Shown: piece after piece, positions 11,996-25,298 of the stretch | Layout: each line of letters begins with the position of its first letter | Position numbering within the stretch: the stretch's first letter is position 1 | Assembly (NCBI RefSeq): GCF_006345805.1 | Contig: NC_043007.1 | Location: 17,174,001-17,238,000 of the forward strand | Length of the DNA: 64,000 bases | Direction of reading: 5' to 3' | Origin: Octopus sinensis | Lineage: Eukaryota | Notes under the pieces: model-generated | Database searches by the model: none | Told to the model about the DNA's origin: nothing | The model's input: the letters and a program-made list of their open reading frames with translations, nothing else | Program-made: the position numbers and the translations under genes

Positions 11996-13894
11996 CTGCA
12001 AATAAGAAACAAACAGAATAATCATTTAGCTTCAGTCAAACATATATAACTACATCTTTTGATACACCGCATCATGCAAGTCAAAAAGTAAGGACAGCAA
12101 CTCTACTTTTGGGGAGATCTACAGAGTTATCTTAGCATGGTCTTTTGTTCCATAATCTATTTATTATGAGAGTCAAGACTATTGAAAAGGTTGCAAGACG
12201 CAACGAAAATTTTAGGGAAATAAAAATAAGAAAAAAGTGGAAATTTTACAGGTGAGTGTGTTAAATAATAAGGCACAAAAAGAAAATGACTCTCTCCAGA
12301 CACAACAGAATATGCTTCAACACCACATCGTTGTCGTCGTCGTCGTTTAACGTCCGTTTTCCATGCTAGCATGGGTTGGACGGTTCAACTGGGGTCTGGG
12401 AAGCCAGAGGCTGCGCTAAGCCCAGTCTGATCTGGCAGTGTTTCTACAGCTGGATGCCCTTCCTAACGCCAACCACTCCGTGAGTGTAGTGGGTGCTTTT
12501 TATGTGCCACCTGCACAGGTGCCAGACGAGGCTGGCAAATGGCCATGATCGGATGGTGCTTTTTACGTGTCACCAGCACATGAACTCATATAAAGAATCT
12601 TGCAAACTAAATCCAAAAACGAACTATTCATTATGGTTAATTGTATTTCAACAGTTATTTTCATTTCTGAGAAAGATGAATAACAGATGAGGCTGGTCTT
12701 AGGTAAAGCAACAGGAATGATGCCAAGCCTCAAAGAGCTGCTCCAGGGTCATTCATTTTACAAACTAACACCTTGCCAGGTCTACATTAGAGATAATCTA
12801 GCTGTCTACTGGAACAATGTAAATACACCCAACACTTAAAAGTATATATCTACAATCTGCAGCTGTTTCCTCTTAATGAAGGCAACACAATGACAGCTGT
12901 CAGCTGTGGAAGAGAAAAGATGAGTCTACAGTTCAGTTTTTCAATCGGTTTTGTTTGTTTATTAGTAGAAGAGATGGAATCTAGTTATAAAAATTGTTTT
13001 AATGATTTGCAAACTCACTAAAACTAACAGGAATTACAACCGTGTTTCGTGGTCTGCTTCCACAACAACTCCTTTATAGGATCCAGTTAGCTCAAGACAT
13101 CATCAAGAGGAACCACGTCCAGTTTCAGCCCCTACTCCTCTACCGTTTTGACGTGACGCCCCACCACTTTTGGAGGTGTCTTCAGCTCTGGTGTTGGGTG
13201 CATGTCTTCTTTCTTCTGTTCCCTGGCCTCTTTGATGTGTCGTCAGCGAGTGTCAGCAGGTGACTGGCTGACTTGTCAAATTTTCCCTTTAAATACCTGC
13301 CGCTAGGCTCCAGCAGGCAGCCCCAGCAAGTATATATGCAGGTATAATAAATATTCATCATCATCATTTTAATGTTCATTTTTCCATGCTTGCATGGGTT
13401 GGACAAGGTTTAATTCTATGGCTGGATTCCCTTCTTGAGACCAATCTTCACCTGTTTCAAAGCCAGGTATTATTTCTCCATGGCCAGGCATGACTGTGCA
13501 AGATTTTGGAAATGAATGATGTTGCTTATATAACAGTGACACTCATTTACAACTATCATGTGATGTAAAGATAAGGAGACACAAACATGCACACATATGC
13601 ACGTTCATACACACACACACACACACTGAACTTCTTGCAGTTTCTATCCACCAAATTCACTCACAAGGCTTTGGTTGGTCTGGAGTTATGCCATGTGCAG
13701 GGACTGAACCTGAAACCATGTGGTTGGGAACCAAAATTCTGAACCACACATACACACCTACACCTATCAATCTAGTAGTAAGATAATATAAAACAATAAA
13801 ATATGTGGAAAACCAGAAATGGCACAGCTAATTATTGTTATAGCATGATATAAGAAAAAAAATAAATTTTTGATTACGCAAACTTTATTACATG

Positions 13895-14375
13895 TCTTTT
13901 CTTGTCTTGAGACAACATTCACCTGAGGTAGGTTGAGCTGGGTTCATTCATCCTCAATGCTGCATCTCTCACAAACGCTGACCAGGCCTGGCGATTTGAG
14001 GCTAACGACTGCGTGATCTCCAACCACTCCCTATTCCAGCAGCGAACGTCGTAGACATGGGGGCCTAGGTTGGGTTCTAGATCAGCCTTGACTGTCATCA
14101 GCCAGGTTTTTCGTTGTCCACCACATCGTTTTCGCCAACCCTTAAGGGGAGCTGGGGCAATTGCTTCGTAGATGAATTCTCCTGGTTGATGACAGAGGGC
14201 ATGACCCAGCCAACGCAGACGTCTTGTTAGGATGACTTGTCAGAGGGAGGTGATTTTGCACTGGTATCGCATCAAATTGTTGGAGACAAAGTGATGCCAT
14301 TGGACACGAAGGATGTGGCGTAGACAGAGGTGAACAAAGGACTCTAGTCGCTTGATATCTTCCACCCTCATCGGC
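13895..14375 (-). mobile_element. RTE-clade LINE 3' fragment
   Basis: RLESFVHLCLRHILRVQW...RRLRWLGHAL...GWRKRCGGQRKTWLMTVKADLE, one internal stop. Confidence 0.85.
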
Positions 14376-16131
14376 CAATTTATTACATGATAGTAAGCTA
14401 ATTTCTTAATTACTTAATCAGTTTATTGTTTAACCCCAGGTCAATTCTGGTCATGTAAAGCTATGATCAAAGGCATTCCAGTTGAAATTATTCTGCATTG
14501 TTTTATAAGAGGGAGAATTTGGCTGCTAATTCTAGTATGATAGGTCAGAATGCAAGGGCTCTTCGCCAGCTTGCAGTTAACCAGGTAGAACATATAGCTG
14601 CTACTCTCAATGACTGGCAGAGCAATGTCTTTGTCAACTGCTATAAAGGCAGACAAGAGAGTATCGTTTAAAGCTTGTGCCAGAATGTGAAATTACACAT
14701 GCCATGCTTCTACTGGCAAAGATCTTACTAAAGAACAAACAACACTACCTTCCCATTGTCAACCTGGAGAAAGCCAGTGCTCATTAACCCCTTGACAACG
14801 GTTGACACAAATATGCGATCACGCTTTTGCTTGCTTACCTATTTCTTTACTACCCACAAGGGGCTAAACGCAGAGGGGACAAACAAGGACAGACAAACGG
14901 ATTAAGTCGATTATATCAACCCCAGTGCGTAACTAGTACTTAATTTATCGACCCCGAAAGGATGAAAGGCAAAGTTGACCTCGGCGGAATTTGAACTCAG
15001 AACATAAAGACAGACGAAATACCTATTTCTTTACTACCCACAAGGGGCTAAACACTGAGGGGACAGACAAGGACAGATGAACGGATTAAGTCGATTATAT
15101 CGACCCCAGTGCGTAACTGGTACTTAATTTATCGACCCCGAAAGGATGAAAGGCAAAGTCGACCTCGGTGGAATTTGAACTCAGAACATAGCGGCAGACG
15201 AAATACCGCAAAGCATTTTGCCCGGCATGCTAACGATTCTGCCAGCTTGCTGCCTTACTTTTGCTTGCCTACCCATGGCTAATGTAAATATACAATGTAG
15301 AACTACCCTACATCTATCATGGACTTTTTAGCGGCTGACGTATGTTTACATTCGCTATCATATACTTTATCTCTTGAGGTGCACGCGCTTGCCATCCCAT
15401 GCATTATCTTAACTATTTTAGGTTACGTTCAAGTCATGAGACTAGCAGTAGACCAATGAAATGCGGATACTTTACATGCATAATACCGTATTTTGTGTTG
15501 CACCAAACAAAAGCTATTTTTTGAGCTGGCAGAAGCGTTAGCTCGCTGGGCGAAATGCTTAGCAGTATTTCGCTATGTTCTGAGTTCAAATTCCGCCAAG
15601 GTCGACTTTGCCTTTCATCATTTCGGGGTCGATTAAATAAGTACCAGTTACGCACTGGGGTTGATATAATCGACTTAATCCGTTTGTCTGTCCTTCTTTG
15701 TCCCCTCTGTCTTTAGTCCCTTGTGGGTAGTAAAGAAAAAGTATTTCTTCTGCCGCTACATTCTGAGTTAAAATTCCACTGAGGTCAACTTTGCCTTTCA
15801 TCCTTTTGTGGTCAATATATTAAGTACCTGTTGTGTACTGGGGTTGATCTAATTGACTGGCAACCCCCTTCCCAAACATTTCGAGCCTTGTGCCTAGAGT
15901 AGAAAAGGAATCATTAGCACGCCAGGCAAAATGCTTATTGGAATTTCGTTCGTCTTTACATCCTGAGTTCAAATTCCACCAGAATCAACTTTGCCTTTCA
16001 TCCTCTCAGAGTTGATAAAATATGTACCTGTTTGGCACTGGGGCCACTGTTATCAGCTTACCTGCCTCCTCCATAAATGCTGGCATTGTGCCGAAATTTG
16101 AAATCTATAAATAGACAGAGAGAGTACTTAC

Positions 16132-16248
16132 GCTCATTGCAGACAAAATATGTCTTCTTATTGGTGCCACTTCCTTTCTCTTCTTTTGGTATAATTGGAG
16201 GTGGCTTGTAGTCAATTTTGGGTACTCTTTCTTCCATGACTGCTTCTT
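16132..16248 (-). CDS. RSPH4A: RSPH4/6 exon 5
   Basis: EAVMEERVPKIDYKPPPIIPKEEKGSGTNKKTYFVCNE (family motif YKPPPxIPKEExGxGxNKxxYFVCNEP); donor gtaagt. Confidence 0.93.
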
Positions 16249-16821
16249 CTGCATGGTGTTACCAATCCAAGGAAGACGGTATAAAAGAATTAAAGCAAAA
16301 CAGTTAAACACTAGAATTTGTAAAAAAAAAAAGAGAAAAGAACAATGGTGCTTGGTGATGCTTTGTTGAGGATGGTAATTGGCTTGGTCCCATAAGAAGG
16401 TTTGGTACTCAGGAGTGGCTGTGGGGTAAGTAGCTTGCTTACCAACCACATGGTTCCGGGTTCAGTGATAAGCCAGTAGAATCATTACTGCACTAAGCAA
16501 AATGCTTAGTGGCATTTCATCCATCTTTATGTTCCAGGTTCAAACTCCACTGAGGTCAACTTGACCTTTTATCCTTTTAGGGTCGATAAAATAAGTGCCA
16601 GTCGAACACTGGACTCAACATAACCGATTTACCCCTCCCCTGAAATTGCTGGCCTTGTGCTAAAATTTGAAATCAATAAATTACATGAATAAATATTACA
16701 TTTTAAATATTGTATGAAATATATTTAACTTCTAGGGTCTGGGGGAAGGGGTAAGGTCCCCGAGCTTTGCAGACCCTCTGTACATGTATAGATTACTAAA
16801 TTACCATAGAAAATATCTCAC

Positions 16822-16876
16822 CGTCTTCAACTTCTTCAGCAGCCTCTTTTGGTGCTTCCACGACTTCTGGTTCACC
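16822..16876 (-). CDS. RSPH4A: RSPH4/6 exon 4 (55-nt acidic linker exon)
   Basis: ttcttccaaag|GGT GAA...GAC G|gtgaga, GEPEVVEAPKEAAEEVED; supplies the phase 0-to-1 change needed between exons 3 and 5. Confidence 0.8.
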
Positions 16877-16920
16877 CTTTGGAAGAAAGCATGGAAATAG
16901 ATTCAGAGCTTATATATAAA

Positions 16921-17226
16921 CTAGCAGTATCGCCCGGCGTTGCTCGGGTTTGTAAGGGAAATAACTATATAAGCATTTTTAGAGAGTTACTTCCCTTATA
17001 TAACCCGAGCAAAAATCATTAAAAATGCGGAAAAATGATGGTAAATTTTTTTAAAATCGTAGACTCATCGTAGATGCGCGCTAATACCCAGGAGGGCTCG
17101 ATAAGAATGACGACTATAAGATACCCGCTTTTGGTTAAACTGCACCGCAAAATGTGGGAGTAGTTAGGTATCTAAATCGGAGAAGACAGAGTCTCACACA
17201 CACAACTTGAATTTTATATATAAAGA
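16921..17226 (-). mobile_element. Non-autonomous Helitron
   Basis: A|TCTTTATATATAAAA 5' end; 3' end cccgagcaacgccggg hairpin then CTAG|T; no TSD. Confidence 0.8.
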
Positions 17227-18155
17227 TAACTCTGCTATAGCAGTACAACACCCCATAACACACACACACACACACACACATGCATGCACACTTCATCATT
17301 ATCATCATCATCATCATTTAATCTCCTTGTTCCATGCTGGTATGAGTTGGATAGCTTGACAGGATCTGATGGGTCCAAGGATTGTGCCCTCTTGTCTGCT
17401 TTAGCATGATTTCTATGGAAGCCCTTCCTTATGCCAGTAATTTTACAGCATGCTGTAAGAAGGCGGTGAGCTGGCAGAAACGTTAGCACGCCAGGCGAAA
17501 TGCTTATCGATATTTCATCTGCCGTTACGTTCTGAGTTCAAATTTTGCCAAGATCGACTTTGCTGTTCATCCTTTCAGGGTCGATAAATTAAGTACCAGT
17601 TACGCACAGGGATTGATGTAATCGACTTAATCCCTTTGTCTGTCCTTGTTTGCCCCCTCTGTGTTTAGCCCCTTGTGCGTAGTAAAGAAATGGGTATTTC
17701 ATCTGCCGTTACGTTCTGAGTTCAAATTCTGCCGAGGTCGCTTTGCATTTCCTCCTTTCGGGGTCGATAAATTAAGTACCAGTTACACACAGGGATTTAA
17801 TTTAATTTAATTAATTAGTTTAATTAGTTTAATTAATTAATTTAATTTTAAAAAATTCTTTAAAAAAATTAATTAATTAATTAAATTTAAAAAATTCTTT
17901 AAAAAATTCTTCTTTAAGAAAAAATTTAATTTAATTTAATTAATTAGTTTAAATAATTAGTTAATTAGTTTAATTAATTAATTAATTAATTAATTTTAAT
18001 TTTAAAAATTTAAATTGTTTCTTTAAGAAAAAGTGGAAATGGATTTGTAGCACAATTAGAAAAGACATTCACATTACAAGAATATATAAAAAAAAAAACA
18101 GCAAACAAAGGGCCTACAACAACACCAACAAGAGGGACACACGAAACACACAAAC

Positions 18156-18428
18156 CTCATCATCCTCTTCTTCTTCAGCTTGGTCTCCTTCACGGTACTC
18201 AGTTTCCACAACGTAATAGTTTTGTTCTGTGCCCAATATTTTACCCCAGAATCTCACTTGCTGGACCGGGTTGCTGTCGACCAAATGCTTCATTGCTATC
18301 CAAACACGGAATAGTTCTTCCCTGCCAATTCCGATTCCGCCTTGTTCAAAGTAGAAAGCGGTTTCCATGACGTTGGGCAGAGGCGACTCAACTTCCTCTT
18401 CACGTTCATCTAAGTCATCGTCTATTTT
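18156..18428 (-). CDS. RSPH4A: RSPH4/6 exon 3
   Basis: LPNVMETAFYFEQGGIGIGREE...RFWGKILGTEQNYYVVETEYREG, hallmark family sequence; acceptor atttcag, donor gtttgt; 273 nt. Confidence 0.96.
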
Positions 18429-20074
18429 CTGAAATTGTTGGAGAGGAAGAGGAAAATGATTGTCTGTCATCTGTTTGTTTATTGTGTGTATGTGGGTGTG
18501 TGTGGGTATGTATGTGTATGTGTGTAGGTATATGTGTGTGTGTTTGTGTTTGTATGTGTGTTTGTGTTTGTGTGCATTTGTGTTTGTGTGCGTGTTTGTG
18601 TGTATGTGTGTGTGTGTACTTGTGTATGTGTGTTTGCGGGTATGTATGCGTATGTGTCTAAGTATATGTGTGTATGTTAGTGTGTGTTTGTGTGTATGCA
18701 TGTGTTTGTGTGAGTGCTTGTGTATATGTATACATGTGTGTTTGTGTTTGTGTGTGTGTTTGTGTGTATGTGTGAGTGTATGTGTGAGTGTATGTGTGTG
18801 TACTTGTGCATGTGTGTGGTATGCATGCAAAAATGCATGTATGCATCTTTGATTTGTTTTTATCCTTTACATGCTTGAGTCATTGGACTGCAGCCATGCT
18901 TGAACACCACCTTGAAAGTTTTTACTTGAACAGATTGTCCTCAGTACTTTGTTCTTGTACTTTTTAAAGTTTGGTACTTATTCTATCAGTTTCTCTTGCT
19001 GAACCACAAAGTTACAAGGATATACACAAATCAACACCACTTATCAAGAGGTCGTGGGTACTAAAACTCACACACACACAGACACACACACACACACACA
19101 CACACAACAGGCTTCCACACAGTTTCTGTGTAAAAAAAATTCACTCACAAGGCATTGGTCTATCAAAATTTGTTAAGGCTGAAATAATGCAAAATGAAAT
19201 ACAACGGTTGAAAGTTTCCCTTGTATTTCTTTGACATTTCAGGGTTAGAACCGTTCTTCATATGTCCTGATGAAGAGGTTCTAGCCCCCTAAATACTCAA
19301 GTAATACAAACTAAAACTTTAACTGCTGTTTTGTTAACAAGTATGCAATAATGTACAAATGTCTGCAAAGTGAACAGCATATGAAGCATGTATCTGACTC
19401 ATACTGTCCACTTTCCAGACATTTGTACATTACTGCATATGCTCTTTAGGCACTTTTGACAAGTTGTGGTGCACCTGAGCACTGTATACAATAATTTCAT
19501 TATTATTATTATTAGTAAGTTGGTTTATTTTATATTTGCATACTCATCTGGCACCTGTGCCCGTGGCACGTAAAAAGCACCCACTACACTCACGGAGTGG
19601 TTGGCGTTAGGAAGGGCATCCAGCCGTAGAAACATTGCCAGATCAGACTGGGCCTGGTGCAGCCTTCTCGCTTCCCAGACCCTAGTTGAACCGTCCAACC
19701 CATGCTAGCATGGAAAGTGGACGCTAAATGATGATGATGATTAAATTTTAAATGATGAATATGATGATGATGATGATGAGGATGCAGGGATACATTTACT
19801 TCTATACCCAGTCGAGTTTAAATCTTTTGAGCACTACTAAGTGTATTCTACACAGAAAATAGCTGGATCTCATCTATGAACTATATATATATAAGAGATC
19901 TCAGGCAAGTAGTGTTTGGGGCCTGAAGATATGCCATAAGGCTAAACCCCTTATTGTACAAGAAACCCAGGGTAACCCCATAAACCAGCCCCACCCATTA
20001 TAATATTAACTGCTCTACATCTTAGAGTGTGCTTCTCTTCCAGATATATGTATTTCTACAAATATATATATATC

Positions 20075-20590
20075 ATCATCATCATCATCATTTAAAGTCC
20101 GTTTTCCATGCTAGCATGGGTTGGACGGTTTTGACTGAGGGCTGGCAACCAGATGGCTGCACCAGGCTCCAGTCTTGATCTGGCAGGGTTTCTACAGCTG
20201 GATGCCCTTCCTAACGCCAACCACTCCGAGAGTGTAGTGGGTGCTTTTTACGTGCCACCTGCACGGGGGCCAGTCAGGCGGTACTGGCAATGACCTCGCT
20301 CGAATCTTCCTACACGTGCCACCGACACAGGTGCCAGTGAAGCGACGTTGGTAACAATCACGCTCAATTGGTGCCCTTTTTATGTGCCCCGGGTATGGAA
20401 GCCAGTTGACTGCTTTGCCAACGATCACAACGATCACACTCGGATGGTCTTCTTGGCTCCCTACAAGCACAGGCATAAGGGCCAGTAAGGCGACACTGGT
20501 CACGATCATACTCGAATAGCCTCTCTGTCAATGATCACACTCATATGGTGCTCTTTGCACCCCACTAGCACGGATGCCAGTCATCGAAAT
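20075..20590 (-). mobile_element. SINE family C, representative copy ((GAT)n tail, variable internal modules)
   Basis: About 15 copies, e.g. 11610-11860 +, 12330-12580 -, 30550-30870 +, 31900-32250 -, 33935-34240 -, 48710-49190 -, 54570-54990 +, 61430-61795 -. Confidence 0.85.
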
Positions 20591-21426
20591 GATTTTGATT
20601 TTGATTTTGATTACACTTGCCACAAGAGGTCTTTGCAACAAAGTTTAGTGACCAAAGAAGGAAAAGCTATGCATAAGTGGGCCGGTTATGCTCCTGGCAT
20701 AGGCCATGGATTATGGTTTCATCTGGCTTGCCGGGTCTTCTTGAGCACAGCATATTTCCAAAGGTCTCGGTCGCTTGTCATTTACTTGGTGAGGCCTAAT
20801 GTTCAAAGGTTGTGCTTCACCACTATATATATATTTTATCTCGTGATGAGATAAAAAACCAAGGCTGAGTAGATTTATAGATAGAACATTTATAGATAGA
20901 AGGTCTTACAGCTGTTTCCAGGATATTTGTTATATCCCTTCATCGAAGACGGTGTGAGGGGATAGTTAAGTAATAGTTAATTTAGATAGGATACAGAATA
21001 GAGAGTGAGATGGAGGAAATAAAACAGGTGTGTGATATATATATATGTATGTATGTATGTATGCATGCATGTATGCATGTATGTATATATGTATGTATGT
21101 ACGTATGTATGTATATATATATGCATGTATGTATGGACACACATATGTGTGTGTGTCCCCTCTACTACCACTTGACAACCAGTGTGAGTTTGTTTACACC
21201 CCAATAATTTATCAGTTTAGCAAAAGAAATCAACAGAATAAAACTTAAAAGTAAGTACCGGGGGCTGATTTGTTCCAAAAAACGTTTCAAGGTAAATACT
21301 CCAGCATGGTTGCAGTCCAATGACCAAAACAAGGAAAAGATTAAAAAAAAAAACTGTAAAAAACATGTGAAAGCTTGTATAATAAAATATTAAAAAGTGA
21401 CTGAGAAAACTTTTAGGTAGCCATAC

Positions 21427-21616
21427 CACAAGTAGCTTAGTTTCGATTTTGGCCAGAGCCATTTCCAGTGATGGGTCGGCCATATCTTGGAGTGTGTCTT
21501 TTATTGGTTGAAATCTATATTTCTTGATATCTTTGCTAATATCTTCAAAACTATCAACAGCATCGATATGTCTTTCAGATATTATTTCAGTGAGGACATC
21601 GCATAAATGATCATAT
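21427..21616 (-). CDS. RSPH4A: RSPH4/6 exon 2
   Basis: ttcag|A TAT GAT CAT: YDHLCDVLTEIISERHIDAVDSFEDISKDIKKYRF...KLLV; donor gtatgg; phase fits exons 1 and 3. Confidence 0.93.
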
Positions 21617-22362
21617 CTGAAAGGAAATGTACCTGTAAAAATTAGCTCAGAAATAATGAAACTGGTAGCTTTGCTTTTCTTTCCTTTTTTTTCTTTTTTT
21701 CTTGTTCGGCCCCAGCCAACCCTGATTGAGAAAAGCTATGATATTAAAGCTGTTCCAACTATTGCCATCATATCAGAGGGAGGGGGAGCTTTACCCATGC
21801 TAGCATGGAAAACGGACGTTAAACGATGATGTACTTTGAAGTGCATTACTCAATGTATTTGTCCCTTTTTAAAAACAGCAGGACATGATTTGAGAAAGAT
21901 TTGGGTTGTTATTTGTTGTGTGGAAGGATCCTAACCACCCACACATGACTAAAAGTGGACGAATGCATTTCAATAAAATAAAGAACTGTTGGCAGTTGAC
22001 AGTGGGCATTTGACAGTGGGCATTTGACAGTGTGCATTTGACACTGGGTATTTGAAAGTGGGCATTTGGCAGCATGATTGTTTGTATTGGATTACTTAAT
22101 TAGTTTAATATCGTATCTATGTTTGGCATAGAAAAGAGCACATTCCGTGTGAACATTTTAATTCCATGAAAATTTAATCTAGATAAACTATAGGTGCAGG
22201 AGTGGCTGTGTGATAAGTAGCTTGCTTACCAACCACATGGTTCTGGGTTCAGTCGCACTGCGTGGCACCTTGGGTAAGTGTCTTCTACTATAGCCTCGGG
22301 CTGACCAAAACCTGTGAGTGGATTTGGTAGACGGAAACTGAAAGACGCCCGTCGTATATATG

Positions 22363-22393
<31 letters not shown>

Positions 22394-22413
22394 TATATAT
22401 ATTATATATATAT

Positions 22414-22458
<45 letters not shown>

Positions 22459-24126
22459 GTGTGTATATTTTTGTGTGTCTGTGTTTGTCCCCACAACATC
22501 GCTTGACAACCAATGCTAGTGTGTTTATGTCCCCGTAACTTAGCGGTTCGGCAAAAGAGACTGATAGAATAAATACTAGGCTTACAAAGAATAAGTCCTG
22601 GGGTTGATTTGCTCGACTAAAGGCAGTGCTCCAGCATGGTCGCAGTCAACTGACTGAAACAAGTAAAAGAGTAAAGAGTAAAGAGTATAATCATAACCAG
22701 ATCCTTATTTGGGTAATGCTATTCTCCACCCTCGTGCACACCCTAATGTCATCATAACATTATTGGTGATGAGATATTCAAACTCATGACATTACCCTAT
22801 TTCAAACCATTGTTGTGTTCTTGTGCACATTTAAATTAAACCCTTTCTTAAAGTAAGGTTGTAATGACAAATACTCAATATTAATCAATTGCTATACCAT
22901 GGTCACGGAGGCACAATGGCCCAGTGGTTAGGGCAGCAAACTTGCGGTCGGAAGATCGCAGTTTCGATTCCCAGACTGGGCATTGTGTGTGTCTATTGAG
23001 CAAAAACACCTAAAAGCTCCACGAGGCTTCAGCAGGAGGTGGTGGCAACCCCTGTTGTACTCTTTTGCCCCAACTTTCTCTCGCTTTTCCTGTTTCTTGA
23101 GTAACACTGCGAACTAGGGGGAACACATACGCCACAGAAACTGGGCCCATGAACCTGGCTAAGCTTGAAAAGGGTGCATAAATAAAATAAAAAATAATAC
23201 CATGGCTACCATTAACATGCATAATTTGAAGACGATTTTCACCTTAGTTTCAAAGATAAGACATCACAAATATGGCTAATTATTCATTTAGGTATGGAGG
23301 CACGTGGCTTAGTGATTAGGGTGTCAGCATCATGATCGTAAAATTTTGGTTTCGATTCCTGGACCGGGTGACGCGTTGTGTTCTTGAGTAAAACACTTCA
23401 TTTCACGTTGCTCCAGTCTGCTCAGCTGGCAAAAATGAGTAACGCTGCGATGGACTGGTGTCCTGTCCAGCTGGGAGGAACACATACGCCATAGAAACCG
23501 GGCCCATGAGCCTGGCTAGGCTTGAAAAGGGTACATAAATAAAATAAAAAATAATACCCTGGCCACCATTAACATGAGCCATTACCTTCTGCCAGAGCCA
23601 CTTGAAGCTTGGTGTTTCACTCATAAACACACACATCGCCCAATCTGAGATTCAAACCTGCAATCCCTCAACTGCGAGTCCGACGCTCTAACCACTAGGC
23701 CATGTGCCTCCACAAACTTTGTATATACCTATTATTATCATCAAACAGCAATATCATCATTGTCATTGCTGTCATCATCATCACCCCCACCCCACCCCCA
23801 TAACTGCCTTGTGAGTGGATCTGGCAGACGGAAACTGAAACAAGCCTGTCGTGTGTGTGTATGTGTGTGTGTGTGTATGTGCGTGCATGCATGTGCGTGT
23901 ATGTGCGTGTGCATGCATGTGTGTGTGTGTGTATTTGTGTATGTGTTTGTCCTCCACCATCACTTGACAACCAGTGTTGGTTTGTTTACTTCCCTGTAAT
24001 TTAGCAGTCCAGCAATAAAGTCTGATAGAATAAGCTTTAAAAAATAAGTATTGAGATTAATCCATTCAACTAAAAATTCTTCTTTGGACTCAGCATGGTC
24101 TCAGTCCTAGGGCTGAAACAAGTAAA

Positions 24127-24208
<82 letters not shown>

Positions 24209-24214
24209 ATATAT

Positions 24215-24400
24215 AGGGAAAGTTTACGAAAATAAACAAAAGACGACGGCAGGTGGAGTACAAACAAACAAATGTATTAGTATAGTGCTCAGGAATAGAA
24301 AAAGTCTTTTACACTTCGAGCCTACGCTCTTCAACAGAAAGATACACAGAAAGAAACAAGGAGAGGAAAAAAAAGAGAGAAAAAAGGAGAGAAAAAAGGA
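24215..24400 (-). mobile_element. Penelope-like element terminal fragment
   Basis: Same family at ~33700-33920 (+) and ~49858-50035 (-); carries a minimal hammerhead-like motif and abuts (TA)n. Classification rests on this architecture, no ORF seen. Confidence 0.6.
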
Positions 24401-25298
24401 GAGAAAAAAAATATATATGTATGTATGTATAATATATAATAATAATAATAGGGAGTATAACTCCAAACTTACAGGGAAAAAGTGAATTTAGTATTAAATC
24501 AAATTTCACAATATAAATATATAATAAATGAATTAGAGAAAAAAACACTATTATGCAACTCAAATATATATATGAGAGAGAGAGAAAGCTAATAGAGAAC
24601 TTAATTCAATGTAGATTCATCAAGTAGATTCATGATCAAAGTCAATCCATCCATGACCATTACATTATCCAATACTATTATCCTTACTTTGTTAAGACAG
24701 TAAAGAATAATTTGTAGGAGATTTAGTTACTATTTTTCATTGGCTTGCAGCTTTAGAGCAAGCAAATTTTAAGAATACTAGTTGTTTCCAAGAGAGATGT
24801 GAACTACCACAGGTACCAAAACTGGTTTTGTACTTATGTAAGAAACTACTTATCGGAATTTTTTTTTTGAAAGCAAAAAAAAAAAAAGAAAAATCAAACA
24901 GGTTCAGTCCCACTGGGTGGCATCTTGGGCAAGTGTCTTCTGCTATAGCCCCGGGCCGACCAGTGCCTTGTGAGTGGATTTGGTAGAAGGAAACTGAAAG
25001 AAGCCTGTCGTATATATGTATATATATATATATGTGTGTGTGTTTGTGTGTCTGTGTTTGTCCCCCCTTCATTGCTTGACAACCGATGCTGATGTGTTTA
25101 CGTCCCCGTCACTTAGCGGTTCGGCAAAAGAGACCGATAGAATAAGTACTGGGCTTACAAAGACTAAGTCCCGGGGTCGATTTGCTCGACTAAAAAGGCG
25201 GTGCTCCAGCATGGCCGCAGTCAAATGACTGAAACAAGTAAAAAAAAAAAAGTAAAAGAGTAAAAGAGAAAGAGAGAAGAGAGAGAAAAAAAGCTTAC

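Noticed and set aside
18429-18852. His/Thr-rich N-terminus of ORF 18114-18830 and overlapping Cys/Val ORFs
   Set aside because: Intronic CA/TG low-complexity DNA; only 18156-18428 is exonic. The same applies to ORFs at 28089-28600 and 43600-44058.
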